Source of the DNA: Azolla caroliniana
Taxonomy: Eukaryota > Plantae > Polypodiophyta
Reading direction: 5' to 3'
NCBI GenBank assembly: GCA_043228905.1
Contig: JBHGNT010000013.1
Span: 8,432,001-8,496,000, forward strand
DNA: 64,000 bases
A model generated the notes under the pieces. It saw only the letters and a program-made list of their open reading frames with translations. It searched no databases and was not told the origin of the DNA. Below are positions 26,217 to 39,448 of the stretch, piece by piece (position 1 is the first letter of the stretch; each line of letters begins with the position of its first letter). A program made the position numbers and the translations under genes.

Positions 26217-26461
26217 GCCTCCCTCTCCCTCTCCCTCTCCCTCTCCCACTCCCTATGTAAATATATCAATGGCTTCTATCTATCTATCTACCTATCTATC
26301 TATCTATCTATCTATGATGCAGCGAATACTTTGATGTATGATGATGATGAGAAAGGCAGCAAGGACGGGGGCCTGTTTAAGTAGCAGGTGGGCAGACTCA
26401 GAGAGAGAGAGAGAGAGTGTGTGTGTGTGTGTGTGGTGTGGAGGTGATGGTTGTTGCCACG

Positions 26462-26650
26462 TTCTACACACTACTATGGATGTAATCTCTATCTATCTGT
26501 ACATATTGATTGGAATGACAATAAAGAAGAGAATATATATGTTTTATACACATATTCTACACACTACTATGTATGTATGTACATAATCTGTATCTATCTG
26601 TACATATTGATTGGAATGACAATATAGACGAAAATATATATGTTTTACAC
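26462..26650. repeat. ~93-bp tandem duplication upstream of PME
   Basis: Two copies of ttctacacactactatg...tatctgtacatattgattggaatgacaata...tatatgtttta. Confidence 0.8.
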
Positions 26651-27440
26651 ACACACACACACCCACGATGGTATGTATATAGTCGATAGAGAGAGAGAGA
26701 GAGATGATATATCGTGAGAAGTTGAAGGAAAGGAAATGGTCAAGCACACTCATTACTTTCTTTCTTTCTTTTTGTAGATGCGTTAATTATCTCACGACAA
26801 GAAAATGATGACGATGGCCATCCTTCCATACGTAATTACCGAGCACTAATTATGCAATTCATGTGGTTCCCAACATTATCCTCAAAAGTGATGCTCAATC
26901 AACATCACTCTTACCGTTTACTCACAAAACGGATTTATATCACGTGTAATGTCATAGAATCATAAAATAGATGGAACTAATTATCAATGACTCTCTCATC
27001 AACAGACCCATATCTCTCAATCGATCACATCCACTGGCGATTTGGCATGATAGTTTGTAGTTCTTTCTTTCGAGATAGTATCTATGGCTATTTCGCTCCT
27101 CTCGCTTTAAACTATCTCATTCCATTTCTCTTCCAACAAATCTCTTTCCTAGACACATTACTTGAGACGTCGTAGATGTCATAATTAATTGACTTCTACC
27201 ATGGCCCCAAATGCTCCACATGTGATTTATGAGCATGGCACTTGGTTAACCTCAAAATGAGACATCATCAATTTCCATAGATGTTCAAAAAGAGGTTCAA
27301 TGCACTTGTGATTCATATCTCCATCGAATGGACAACCATTGGAAGCAAGTGTATATGTTTGTATTATGCAATTAATGCTACAATCTTGTTTATACAATTA
27401 ACAACATCCTCATTTAATAATGTAGGGATCAAGATGAGAT

Positions 27441-28118
27441 AACACACAAGATATTGGTCATTAATGTCTATAAGCAAAGAAAACTGAACGAAATATATAT
27501 TAATGTCTTCTAAGACCCAATTTGGCCCATGAGACAATGGATTACAACAATGGCTATGTGTTCACAATCATCGAAAATCTTAATCAGAAATTTAAAGATG
27601 AAGATGAAGATGACAGATGACAGATGACAAATGAAGGCGAAGATGAAGATTTTAAATTTTAAAAATTTCTATGAAGATGTAGATGAGAAATGAGTGACAC
27701 ACAAAGTTATTCGTCATTAAGGTCTATAAACAAAGAAAAATGAATGAAATACATATTAATTTCTTCTAAGACCAAATTTGGCCCATGAGACGATCGATTA
27801 CAATAATGGGTATGTGTTCACAATCATCGAAAATATTAATCTGAAATTTAAAGATGATAGATGACAGATGACAGATGAAGACGAAGACGAAGATTTTAAA
27901 TTTTAAAATCTTCTATGAAGATGAAGTTGAGAAATGAGTGACACACAATGTTATTGGTCATTAAGGTCTATAAACAAAGAAAAATGAATGAAATATATAT
28001 TAATTTCTTCTAAGAACAAATTTGGCCCATTAGACGATCGATTACAATAATGGGTATGTGTTCACAATCATCGAAAATATAAATAAACAAATTTAAAGAG
28101 TTTGGGCATGACGTTATA
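27441..28118. repeat. ~250-bp tandem repeat (~2.7 copies) homologous to the LINE 3' region
   Basis: Units start at ~27441, ~27695 and ~27940. Core tcttctaagac..aa.ttggccc.tgagac also occurs at ~52062-52091. Homology resumes after the copia at 33515-33673 (tttcatttccatccaagtctcttgaa, also at ~52230). Confidence 0.8.
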
Positions 28119-28123
28119 GGGTA

Positions 28124-31100
28124 TGTTGGGATTACGGTCCCTCCGGATGGGATGGTCAGATGTCCGGGAATCGGGAATGAAGACCCGAATGAGGAGTACC
28201 CGGTATCGGAACCGGATGATGAAGACCCGGTTTCGGATCCGGATGATGAAGACCCCGGCTACGGAGCCGGATGACGAATGTACCCGGAGAGAGATCCGGA
28301 TGCGGGGACATATTTGTGAATATGTTTGCCAAGGGCCCTCGAGGCTATACTTGTAAATAGCCCAAAAGTCATATGTGTATAAATATGACTTAGGGCAAAC
28401 AGTTTTGTAGTTGTTGCTCATTTTTCTGTTTTCCACTTAGAGGGAGCGAAGTGAGAGCAGCCGAGAGAGAGAGAGTGAGAGAGAGAGAAAGGAAGAGGTC
28501 GACGCCTCTGTGTAATACCGCCGCCTGTGGCGAGGACAGCGAGCTCAAGGTCGTCGCCTTGCAGCTCGCCATTGTACATTCCCTGCGTATAGTGATAGTT
28601 GGAGTCTTGCACTCCCGTGGTTTTTCCCGTCTAGGGTTTTCCACGCTAAACCCTGTGCATTCGAGTCTCTCTCTGTGTTTTCGATTTACTGCTGCATTGA
28701 TTCGTGTTTCCCCGGTTGTGGCCGAGAGGTGAAGGTTTTGAAAGCGTCAATTCCTAACAATCTGGTATCAGAGCAACTGCAGTGCAGAAAATGGAAGGCG
28801 GCGGCAGCGGGCAGCCGGGGATGATGGTGCTGAATGCGCAGAACTACGCCGACTGGAAGATAAAGATGGAGGATCTGCTCATTGTTCGGGACCTGTATGA
28901 ACCGATCGACAGGTCGGAAATACCCAAGGGGGTACTTGAGACGGAATGGAGGCTTCTGAACCGGAAAGCCGTTGCAACCATTCGGCAATACGTCGACGTG
29001 AGCGTTCTACAACATGTGGCGAACGACATCAACGCATATGAGATGTGGCAGAAGCTGTGGGCCTCTACGAGAGGAAGAATGCGTTGAACCGGACCTCCCT
29101 GATGAGGAAGATAGTGAACCTCAAATACCGGGACGGCGAGAGTATGGTGGAACACGTAAGCACATTCATGGGATTCGTAAACCAGCTTGCGGCGATCAAG
29201 TTCCCGTTGGAGGATGCAATGCAAGCCATCATGCTGATGTGTACATTGCCGGAAAGCTGGGAGAACTTGGTGGTGACTCTCAGCACCTCCTGCACCGAAG
29301 ATAACTTGTCCCTACAAACAGTAAAGACAAGCATTTTGAACGAAGAAGCGCGTCGGAGAGATAAAGAACCGGCCTCCGATCCGAAGATGCTGCTTACCGA
29401 ATCGGATCGGGGAAGACAACGGAACCGGAGTCCGCAAAGACGGGAGAAGTCGGGGACCCGGTCGCAGTCAAGAGGAAGGCCCACATGCTTCCACTGTGGG
29501 AAGCCGGGGCACTTCCGAAAGAATTGTCGGCATTACCGAAAAGACAACGGAGCCGACGACACCGATTCGATGAAGTCTTCGGAACGGAACGATGCTTACC
29601 GGGGAGCCACGGACCGGAATGGTTCGGATCGGCGAGGGCAGGACCGGAAAGGAACGACGGCACTCGCGGCAATTGAAGAGGAGATCATGCTCATCACCGA
29701 AGAAGGTGAACTAAACATTGCCGGCGATGAGACTACCTGGGTGGTCGATTCCGGAGCGTCGTTCCACCTGACCCCGGAAAGAAGATACTTCTCATCCTAC
29801 ACAGCCGGTGAGCATGGCTGTGTTCGGATGGGAAATGAAGGTACATGCCGGATTGCCGGCATAGGATATGTGTGGTTGACAACCTCGACCGGATGCAAAA
29901 TGTTGCTGAAGGATGTCCGACACGTTCCGGAGGTACGATTGAACCTGATTTCGGCCGGGAGGCTAGACGATGAAGGCTACACAGGTAGCATCCGGAACTG
30001 CGTAATGAAGTTCAGCAAGGGGAGCCTGATAGTGGCTCGGGCCCGGAAAGTCAACACATTGTACCTTATGAATGCCTGGTTGTGTCCGGAGGAGTTGAAC
30101 GTGGCAGCCGACACTACCGGTGAGCTGTGGCACAAGAGACTGTGCCACATGAGTGAGAAGGGGATGAAGTGGCTTGCAGAAGACAACCTTATTCCAGTGA
30201 AGCATGTGCACCTGGAGAAGTGCACCGATTGCCTGGCCGGAAAGCAGAACCGAACCTCCTTCCACTCAAGGCCACCGACGAGACGTAGCGCACCATTGGA
30301 GTTGGTGCACACTGACGTGTGTCAAGTAGAAACGAAGTCACATGGCGGAGCCCAGTACTTCGTGACATTCATTGATGACCACAGCCGGAAGCTGTGGACG
30401 GCACCGTTGAAGACAAAGAACCAAGTGTTGTGCGTCTTCAAAGAACTCCACGCGAGAGTGGAAAGGGAATCGGGCAAGAAGCTGAAAGCGATACGAGCGG
30501 ATAACGGAGGGGAATACCGGGGGCAGTTCGAGGAGTACTGTCGCTCGAAGGGAATCCGGCTCGAGTTTACTGTGCCGAAGACGCCGGAACTGAACGGGCT
30601 GGCCGAGAGGATGAACCGGACCATAATGGAGAGGGTCCGGAGTATGCTGGCGCATGCGAAATTACCCAAGGGGTTTTGGGCTGAGGCAATGTCGACGGCG
30701 ACATACGTGATAAACAGATCACCCTCAGTACCTTTGGACGGAGACACGCCGTAGAGAATGTGGACCGGTAGGGAAGTATCCTACCGGCATCTGAAGGTGT
30801 TCGGGTGTCTCGCATATGTGCATGTGGCAAAGGACCGGAGAGGAAAGCTAGATCCAAAGACCCGGCCATGCATATTCCTCGGTTACGGCGATGACGAGTT
30901 CGGCTACCGAGTATGGGACCCGGTCGACAAGAAGATATTCCGGAGTCGTGATATCATCTTCATGGAGGACAAGACACTAGCCGACTGGGAGTCGGAGAAG
31001 AAGATGAAGAGCTCCAAGTCGACCGGTGAGGATCAACTCTACGAGGAGCAGTCCCGACCGGCAAGGGACCGGTTAGCACTCGAGGATCCGGCCGAAGACG

Positions 31101-33509
31101 GTGAAGAAACAGAACCGGCCGAGGAAGATGAAACTGATACCGGAACCGGCCCCGATCCCGAAATGGATTCGGATGAAGAGGAAACGGAGGAGCTGGTTAC
31201 CGAAGCTCCGGAACGGAGATATCCTCTAAGAGAGAGAAGGGCCCCCCGGAGATTTCCGGAACCAGAGCACGTGCTGCTAACCGACGAGGGGGAGCCGGAG
31301 AGTTTTGAAGAAGCAAAGCTTGACACCCATAGCCGCAGGTGGTTAAGTGCCATGCAGGAGGAGATGGATTCCCTGCATGAGAACCTCACATATGAACTTG
31401 TGGAGTTGCCGAAAGGAAAGCGGGCACTTCGAAACAAGTGGGTGTTCAAGCTGAAACCGGGAGATGCCGGAAACCCCCCGAGATACAAAGCCAGGATCGT
31501 GGTGAAGGGGTTCCAGCAGAAGAAGGGCGTCGACTTCGACGAGATATTTGCCCCGGTAGTGAAGATGACCTCCATCCGGACGGTGCTGAGCATAGCGGCA
31601 AGCATGGACCTCGAGGTAGAACAGATGGACGTGAAGACGGCATTCCTTCACGGTGACCTCGAAGAAGAGATCTACATGCAGCAACCGGAAGGATTCGAGA
31701 AGAAAGGGAAGGAGCACCTGGTATGCCGGTTGAAGAAGAGCCTTTACGGACTGAAGCAGGCTCCCCGGCAATGGTACCGGAAGTTCGACTCTTTCATGAC
31801 CGACGAAGGGTACCACAAAACGCAGTCCGATCACTGCGTGTTTGTGAAGAAGTTCGAAGGAGGAGACTTTCTAATACTCCTCCTGTACGTGGACGACATG
31901 TTGATCGTCGGACGGGACCAGGTCAAGATACGGATGCTGAAGAAAGCGCTTCACCGAACCTTCTCAATGAAGGACCTGGGTCCGGCGAGGCAAATACTAG
32001 GGATGCACATCATCCGGGACCGGAAGAAGAAGCAGTTGTGGCTGTCACAGGAGAAGTACGTGACAAAGGTGCTTCACCGGTTCAACATGTCGGAAGCAAG
32101 ACCGGTCGGGTCAACCCTCCCGGCAAACTGCAAGTTGTCCAGCAAGCAAAGCCCCAAGACAAACGCTGAGAAGGAGGACATGATGAAAGTACCATATGCC
32201 TCTGCCGTCGGAAGCTTGATGTACGCAATGGTGTGTACAAGACCGGACATAGGATATGCAGTCGGAGTGGTGAGCCGGTACATGAGCAATCCCGGCAAAG
32301 AGCACTGGAACGCGGCCAAGTGGATACTCCGATACCTGAAGGGCACGGCAAACGTGTGCCTCCGATTCGGCTCCGGTAAGCCCGAACTCGACGGCTTTAC
32401 CGATTCGGATATGTCGGCTGATGCAGATACCAGCCGGTCCACATCAGGGTATGTGATGACGTATGCAGGGGGAGCTGTTTCGTGGCAGTCGAGGCTGCAG
32501 AAGACGGTTGCGTTGTCAACCACGGAGGCGGAGTACATGGCGGCTGTTGAAGCCGGCAAGGAAATAATATGGATGAAGGACTTCATTAGAGAGCTCGGTA
32601 TCCGGCAGGAGGAGTACCGACTCTACTGCGACAGTCAGAGTGCCATCCACCTTGCGAAGAACGCGGCCTATCACTCCCGGACGAAGCACATCCAGCGAAG
32701 ATATCACTGGATCCGGGAAAGGATAGAAGACCAGGAGTTCGTGCTGACGAAGATCCACACGGACGAAAACGGGTCAGATATGCTGACCAAAGTGCTCACA
32801 CCCGACAAGCTGGAAGCGTGCCGGAAGAGGGTCGGACTGGAAAGACATCCCATGCCGAAGTGAAGGGGGAGTTTGTTGGGATTACGGTCCCTCCAGATGG
32901 GATGGTCAGATGTCCGGGAATCGGGAATGAAGACCCGAATGAGGAGTACCCGGTATCGGAACCGGATGATGAAGACCCGGTTTCGGATCCGGATGATGAA
33001 GACCCCGGCTACGGAGCCGGATGACGAATGTACTCGGAGAGAGATCCGGATGCGGGGACATATTTGTGAATATGTTTGCCAAGGGCCCTCGAGGCTATAC
33101 TTGTAAATAGCCCAAAAGTCATATGTGTATAAATATGACTTAGGGCAAACAGTTTTGTAGTTGTTGCTCATTTTTCTGTTTTCCACTTAGAGGGAGCGAA
33201 GTGAGAGCAGCCGAGAGAGAGAGAGTGAGAGAGAGAGAAAGGAAGAGGTAGACGCCTCTGTGTAATACTGCCGCCTGTGGCGAGGACAGCGAGCTCAAGG
33301 TCGTCGCCTTGCAGCTCGCCATTGTACATTCCCTGCGTATAGTGATAGTTGGAGTCTTGCACTCCCGTGGTTTTTCCCGTCTAGGGTTTTCCACGCTAAA
33401 CCCTGTGCATTCGAGTCTCTCTCTGTGTTTTCGATTTACTGTTGCATTGATTCGTGTTTCCCCGGTTGTGGCCGAGAGGTGAAGGTTTTGAAAGCGTCAA
33501 TTCCTAACA
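28124..33509 (+). mobile_element. Young full-length Ty1/copia LTR retrotransposon (5.4 kb)
   Basis: LTRs 28124-28759 and 32874-33509 (636 bp each, TG..CA, ~5 mismatches by eye). TSD GGGTA. PBS tggtatcagagc 28763-28774. PPT gaagggggag 32862-32871. Confidence 0.98.
28791..32863 (+). pseudogene. Copia gag-pol polyprotein with one frameshift (~29058) and one premature TAG (30752-30754)
   Basis: CFHCGKPGHFRKNC, VDSGAS, integrase core, YVDD RT and RNase H. The relative at ~36110 has CAG (DTPQRIW) where this copy has TAG. Confidence 0.93.
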
Positions 33510-33673
33510 GGGTATAGCAGGTTCTATAAAGGAAATGCCTATGTGTTGGGACTAGTTTCATTTCCATCCAAGTCTCTTGAAAACGAGTTGGGGGTTGAAT
33601 GGTTTTGATGCCGCTATGGCTCGTAAATGGCATTCCATCGTAAGTTTCTAGGAGGGGTAACTCACATCCCCTT

Positions 33674-36600
33674 TGTTGAGATACTGGTCCCTCCGGATGG
33701 GGATCAGAGAAGCCGGAGAAGAAGGTAAACGGATTGGAGAGACCAGAAGGATATCCGGAAACCGGATCGGATGAACCCGGAACGGGTCCGGCCGGATTCG
33801 GTATGAACCGTGAAGAGAGATAGATTTGTAAATATGTTTCTTATAGGCCATTGAGGCCGTTATATAAGTATAAATATAACTTAGGGAAAATATGATAGTA
33901 GTCGTTGGTATCATTATCATTGTACAGAGAGAGAGAGGGAGGGAGAGAGATACAGAAAGCTTTTCTGTTGTAACCACCAGCTGGCGAAGACAGAGCTCGA
34001 GGTCGTTGCTGCTGAGTCTCGCTTTGTAGTACCTCTACCCTATAGTCATCGTGCTCGGAGTCTGCGAAATCTCGTGGATTTTCCTCTTGGGGTTTTCCAC
34101 GTAAACATATAGTGTCGTCTCATTCTGGGTAAGTGCATTAATCTTTATTTCTATTCTGTCTTTCCATTTTCCAATCAAGTCTCGGTTGTGGCCGAGCGCT
34201 ATTCCGTACAAACTCGTATTAGAGAAAACAGCAAAGGAAAGAAAATTGAAAGAGTAATTCGCTAGCATGTTCAAGCTCACCGGTGTAGAAGTCGAAGATG
34301 AGGGACATGTTAGTCGTAAAAGATCTTTGGTTGCCGGTATAATTTGGGGACCACAGACCGGACAAGATCGATGCCGCGACCTGGGAGGTAATGCACATGA
34401 AAACGACGCCATACATTTGGTGCTTCATTGACATGAGCCTGTACAATAACTTAAATGAAGAGAACAAGGCCAATGAGGCCTGAGAGAAGATCGGCACGAT
34501 GTTTGGAGAACGAGAACGCCGTAAATCGGGTCTCAGTATTCCGGAAGATAGAGAGTCTCCGGTATCAAGACGGCACCCACATGGCAGAGCATATGAACAC
34601 CTTCCAAGGGCAGATAAACCAAACTACCTCATTTGAAGTACCATTAGCCGATGAGTTACTCGCATTGCTATTGCTTGGATCCCTTCTGGATAGCTGGGAG
34701 ATGTTGGTTGTCACTCTAGGCAATGTCGGACGAGAAGGAAAGAACTTATCCCTGGCGTGAGTGAAGTCAAGTTTGTTAAACGAAGAAGCTTGCCAGAAGT
34801 ACCAGGAATCCGGAACAAATCCGAAGGCCCTTGGTTATAGAAGACAACAATAACAGGGGAAGATGCCGGATTTGGAGTCCTCAGAACCGGGAAATATCGG
34901 GGAGGAGGTCAAAGTCAAGGAGGAGGCCCATGTGCTTCTATAGTGGGAAGCCGGGGCACTTCCAGAAGAATTGCCAACACTTCTGAAAGGAGAAAGGGGG
35001 GACCAACAATGTTGTCTCTAAGAAGGGTTCGGATCGGAGAAGAAAGTTGGAAATCGCGACAAGTGAAGAAGAATTGATGCTTATCACCGAAGAGAGCAAG
35101 CTACATCTAGCAGCGACGAAACAACGTGGGTGGTCGACTCTGGAGCGTCGTTCCATCTGACCCGCGACTGAAAGTGCTTCTCATCCTACATGGTTGTGTC
35201 CGGCTGGGGAATGAAGGTGTGCGCAGAAGTATCGGCATAGGAGACGTATTGTTGACAACGTCAACCAGTTGCAAGTTGTTGCTAAAAGACGTCAGACACA
35301 TTGCAGAGCTTCGGTTGAACCTGATATAAGTCCATCGGCCGGATGATGAAGGCTACACATGTAGCATCCGGAATGGCGTTATGAAATTCAGAAAAGGATG
35401 CTTGATCGTGGCCGAGCCCAAAATATCAACACATTGTACCTTATGCATGCCTGGATATGCAGGGAAGAAGTGAACGTGGTATTCGACATTGCCGGTGAGT
35501 TGTGGCACAAGAGGTTGTGCCACATGAGCTAGAAGGGAATGTGGACACTTGCCAAAGATAACCTCATTCCGGAGGAGAAAGACGTGCAACTTGAGAAGTG
35601 CACCGACTATTTGGTCGGCAAGTAGAACCGAACCTCTTTCCAGTCAAGACCATCGTCAACATGGAAAGAACCACTAGAGCTTGTGCATATTGATGTATGT
35701 CATGTGGACACGAAGTCACATGCTAGGCTACAGTACTTCGTGACGTTCATAGATGACCATAGTCAGAAGCTGTGGGTCCCACCGTTGAAGACAAAGGATC
35801 AGGTATTGACCGTCTTCAAGGAGCTCCATGCAAGAGTGGAAAGAGAAACAGGCTGGAAACTGAAGGCGGTTCGAGCCGACAACAATAGAGAGTACTAGGG
35901 GTAGTTCGAGGAATACGGCTTGAATTTACCGTGCCGAAGACACTGGAGTTGAACAGATTGACCGAAAGGATGAACTAGACTTTGATGGAGAGAGTCTAGA
36001 GCATGTTGGCATATGCTAAGCTACCCAAGAAGTTTTGGGCTGAGGCACTAATGACAACGACGTACGTGATAAACAGATCACCCTTAGCACCTTTGGATGG
36101 AGACACACCGCAGAGAATATGGACCGGTAAAGATGTGTCTTACCAGCACTTGAAGGTGTTCAGTTGTCTCACCTACGTACATGTAGCAAGGGACAAGAGA
36201 GAAAAATTGGGTCCGAAGTTCCGGCCATGCATATTTCTTGGGTATGGCGATGATGAGTTCAGCTACCAAGCGTGGGACTTGGTTGACAAGAAGGTTTTCC
36301 GAAGTCAAGACATAGTCTTCATGGAAAACAAAACCATTGCCGACTGGGAGTCGGAGAAGAAGATAATGGATTCTGGGTCGAGCAACAGAGATCAGTTGGA
36401 AGATGCTAGGACACATCCAGTCGGAAGTCAGACGTTAACCAAAGAACATGAGGAACCGGTTAGATTCGGACAAAGAACGGAATCGACCGAAGACAAAGAA
36501 TCAAACACCAGAACCAGACAAGACCCTGAATCAGATTCTGATGAAGAAGTGACAGAGGAACTAGTGATCGAAAACCAAGGATGGAGATACCCTCTAAGAG

Positions 36601-38150
36601 AGAGAAGGGTCCCCCAGAGATTTCTAGAAAAAGAGCGAATACTGTTGACCGACGAGGGGGAGCCGAAAATCTTCGAAGAAGCAAAGAAAGACACCCACAA
36701 CCGCAAGTGGTTAAGTGCCACACAGGATGAGATGGATTCCCTACATGAGAAGCATACATATGAATTGAAGGAGCTTCTGAAAGGAAAGAGAGCACTCTAG
36801 AACAAGTGGGTGTACAAGCTGAAACTGGGAGACGCCAAAAATCCATTGAGATACAAAGCCCGCATTGTGGTAAAGGGCTTCCAGTAGAAGAAAGGAGTGG
36901 ATTTCGATGAGATCTTTACCCCAGTAGTGAAGATGACATCCATTCGGACGGTGTTGAGTATAGCAGCGAGCATGGACCTCGAGGTCGAACAACTCGATGT
37001 TAAGATGACATTCCTTCACAGGAACCTCGAGGAGGAGATCTACATGCAGCGACCAGAGGAATTTGTCATGAAAGGCATGGAGAGCCTGATGTGCCGGTTG
37101 AAGAAGAGCTTATACGGACTGAAGCAAGCTCCCCTGCAATGGTACCAGAAGTTCGACTCCTTCTTGACTGACCAATGATACCACGAGACGCAGTCTGACC
37201 ACTACGTGTTCGTGAAGAATTTTGATAGAGGCGACATCCTACTACACTTGTTGTATGTGGATGACATGCTGATCATTGGACCAGACCGAATCAAAATCAA
37301 GAATCTGAAGAAGGCCTTGAACTGGACGTTCTCAATGAAAGATTTGGGTCCGGCGAGACAAATATTGGGGATGCATATAATCTGGGACCAAACGAAGAAG
37401 CTATTGTGGTTGTCAGAGGGGAAGTATGTGACAAAGGTGCTCCAAAGGTTCAACATGTCGGACGTGAAGATGGTCAGATCGACACTTCCGGCAAACTACA
37501 AGCTTTTAGAGAAACAAAGCCCGAAGACCAAGAAGGAGAAGTCGGAGATGATGAAGATACCATATTCCTTTGCCGTCGGAAGCTTAATGTACACAATGTT
37601 GTGCACACGACTGGATATCGGATATGCAGTCGGAGTGGTCAACCGGTTCTTGAGAAATCCGGGAAAGGACCACTCAGCCGCTGTCAAGTGGATCCTCCAG
37701 TACCTAAAAGGCACCACGAGTATGTGCCTTCGATTCGGCTCTGGTAAACCTCTATTGGAAGGCTTCACCAATTCAAACATGTGAGTTGATGCAGATACCA
37801 ACTAGTCTATATCCGGATACGTCATGACATATGCAGGGGGAGTTGTATCGTGGAAGTCGAGGCTACGGAAGTCCATTGCACTATTGACAACAGAAGAGGA
37901 GTATATGGTGGCTATAGAAGCTGACAAGGAGGTAATCTGGATGAAGGACTTCAATGTGCACTATTGACAACAGAAGAGGAGTACATGGCGGCTATAGAAG
38001 CCGGCAAGGAGGTAATCTGGATGAAGGACTTCATCGAAGAGCTAGGAATCCGACAGGAGGAATACCAGCTCTATTGTGATAATCAAAGTGCCATCCACCT
38101 CGTGAAGAATGCGGCCTACCATTCCCGGACTAAGCACATCCAGAGGATGG
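33674..38150 (+). mobile_element. Older degenerate copia of a related family (5' LTR ~33674-34210, decayed PBS, gag-pol truncated in RNase H)
   Basis: LTR start TGTTGAGATACTGGTCCCTCCGGATGG resembles the young LTR. pol is collinear with many stops. ~80-bp tandem duplication at 37877-38033. Confidence 0.92.
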
Positions 38151-39448
38151 TCGATGACAAAGTTTGCTAGTCGGGCCGACTGGATAGTTGACATAGGAGT
38201 CAGGTCTAATCGACTAGACTATCGACTTGTGGGTCAGACAATCGAGTCGACCACTCGGGCGATAAACTGCTATTATTATTATTAAATAATAATAATAATA
38301 ATAATAACATATTCCTTCTATAAATATGTGAAGCTAGGGAAAACATTTCATATATATGGTGTAGAAGGTGTAGAACATAATACAATAGAGAGATAGTGTG
38401 TGTATGCATAGAGAGTGGAAGGAGACAAGAGAGGTAGTGTAGGCATAGTTAGGTGAACTTGCCAAAACCCTAAGTGGTATATACTCTATTCAGCAGAGTC
38501 TTTGTAACCTATTTTTCTTCTTGTGTCTCTATCATATAGTATAGATCTGTTGCCCAGTGGTTTTCCCTATTTTAGGGTTTTCCACGTAAATCTAGTGTAC
38601 TGTGTATTCTATCTATTTTGTTGTTTTCTACTTTCTATTCTATTTTGTATATTTTAGTCTATCATTTAGAAATCTACCATCCTAATCATAACAAATTGGT
38701 ATCAGAGCTTGAGGTGCAAGATGAAAGGAGGTGTGAGTGGTTTCCCATGTATGATAGTTTGGAACTCACACAACTACTCTGACTAGAAGATCAAGATGGA
38801 ATATCTTCTGATAGTTAGAGACCTATACGAGCCCATAGACTAGGTTAAATACCCAGAGGTGTGTTAGAGTTTGAATGGAAGATCCTAAACAAGAAGGTTG
38901 TGGCCACCATCAAATAGTGTAATTGTCCTACAACATGTGGCTAACGACACAAATGTTGAATACGGGTGCATAATGGCCGTATTCACATTGTCCCATTGAA
39001 CATACTAGGTTTACGCTATTTCTGTAAATAGTGGAAAGGGTACTTGCCCTAGGTCAGTTTGTGGCCCGATGTCACATCAATCCCTTGGTGGCACTTCCTA
39101 CTTCGTGTACTTTATTAACGACTCGACCAGGAAAGTGTGGGCATACCCAACTAGAAGTAGAGATCAAGTGTTCTCGAGCTTCTAGGAATGGCTTGCCTTG
39201 GTGGAGAACCAATCCGGCCGGAAGCTAAAATGCTTGCGGTTTGATAATGGAAGAGAGTACAAGTTAGAGGAATTCATCAGGTTTTGCCAACAGCACAGCA
39301 TTCGATGTGAATATACGACACCATATAGTCCGAAGCATAATGGAATTTCCGGACAGATGAATCGGATAATTCAGGAACAAATTGTCTCCATGATGCAACA
39401 CGCAGGACTATGAAATGGTTTCTAGGCCGAGGCGCTGCTCACTCCAGT
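38150..39448 (+). mobile_element. Copia LTR 3' part, PBS, gag start and unlinked integrase fragment
   Basis: taaca|aat tggtatcagagc at 38697-38708. KIKMEYLLIVRDLYEPID is like the young gag. VENQSGRKLKCLRFDNG integrase. Confidence 0.8.

Noticed and set aside
26217-26249. PME start at 26249 as given by the ORF track
   Set aside because: That codon is GTG in a GA-rich repeat. The first ATG before the signal peptide is at 26216.
29040-29070. Programmed gag frameshift
   Set aside because: It falls early in gag with no slippery heptamer. A 1-bp deletion or sequencing error explains it better.
30752-30757. Programmed stop-codon readthrough in the copia polyprotein
   Set aside because: The TAG lies inside integrase, lacks a CARYYA context, and the relative at ~36110 has CAG. 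It is a simple C-to-T mutation.
28068-33394. Duplicated small ORFs (MENRKMS.., MENPRRE.., MLGLRSL..) and antisense ORFs within the copia
   Set aside because: They are LTR copies and shadow frames of a GC-rich ORF, with no independent coding evidence.
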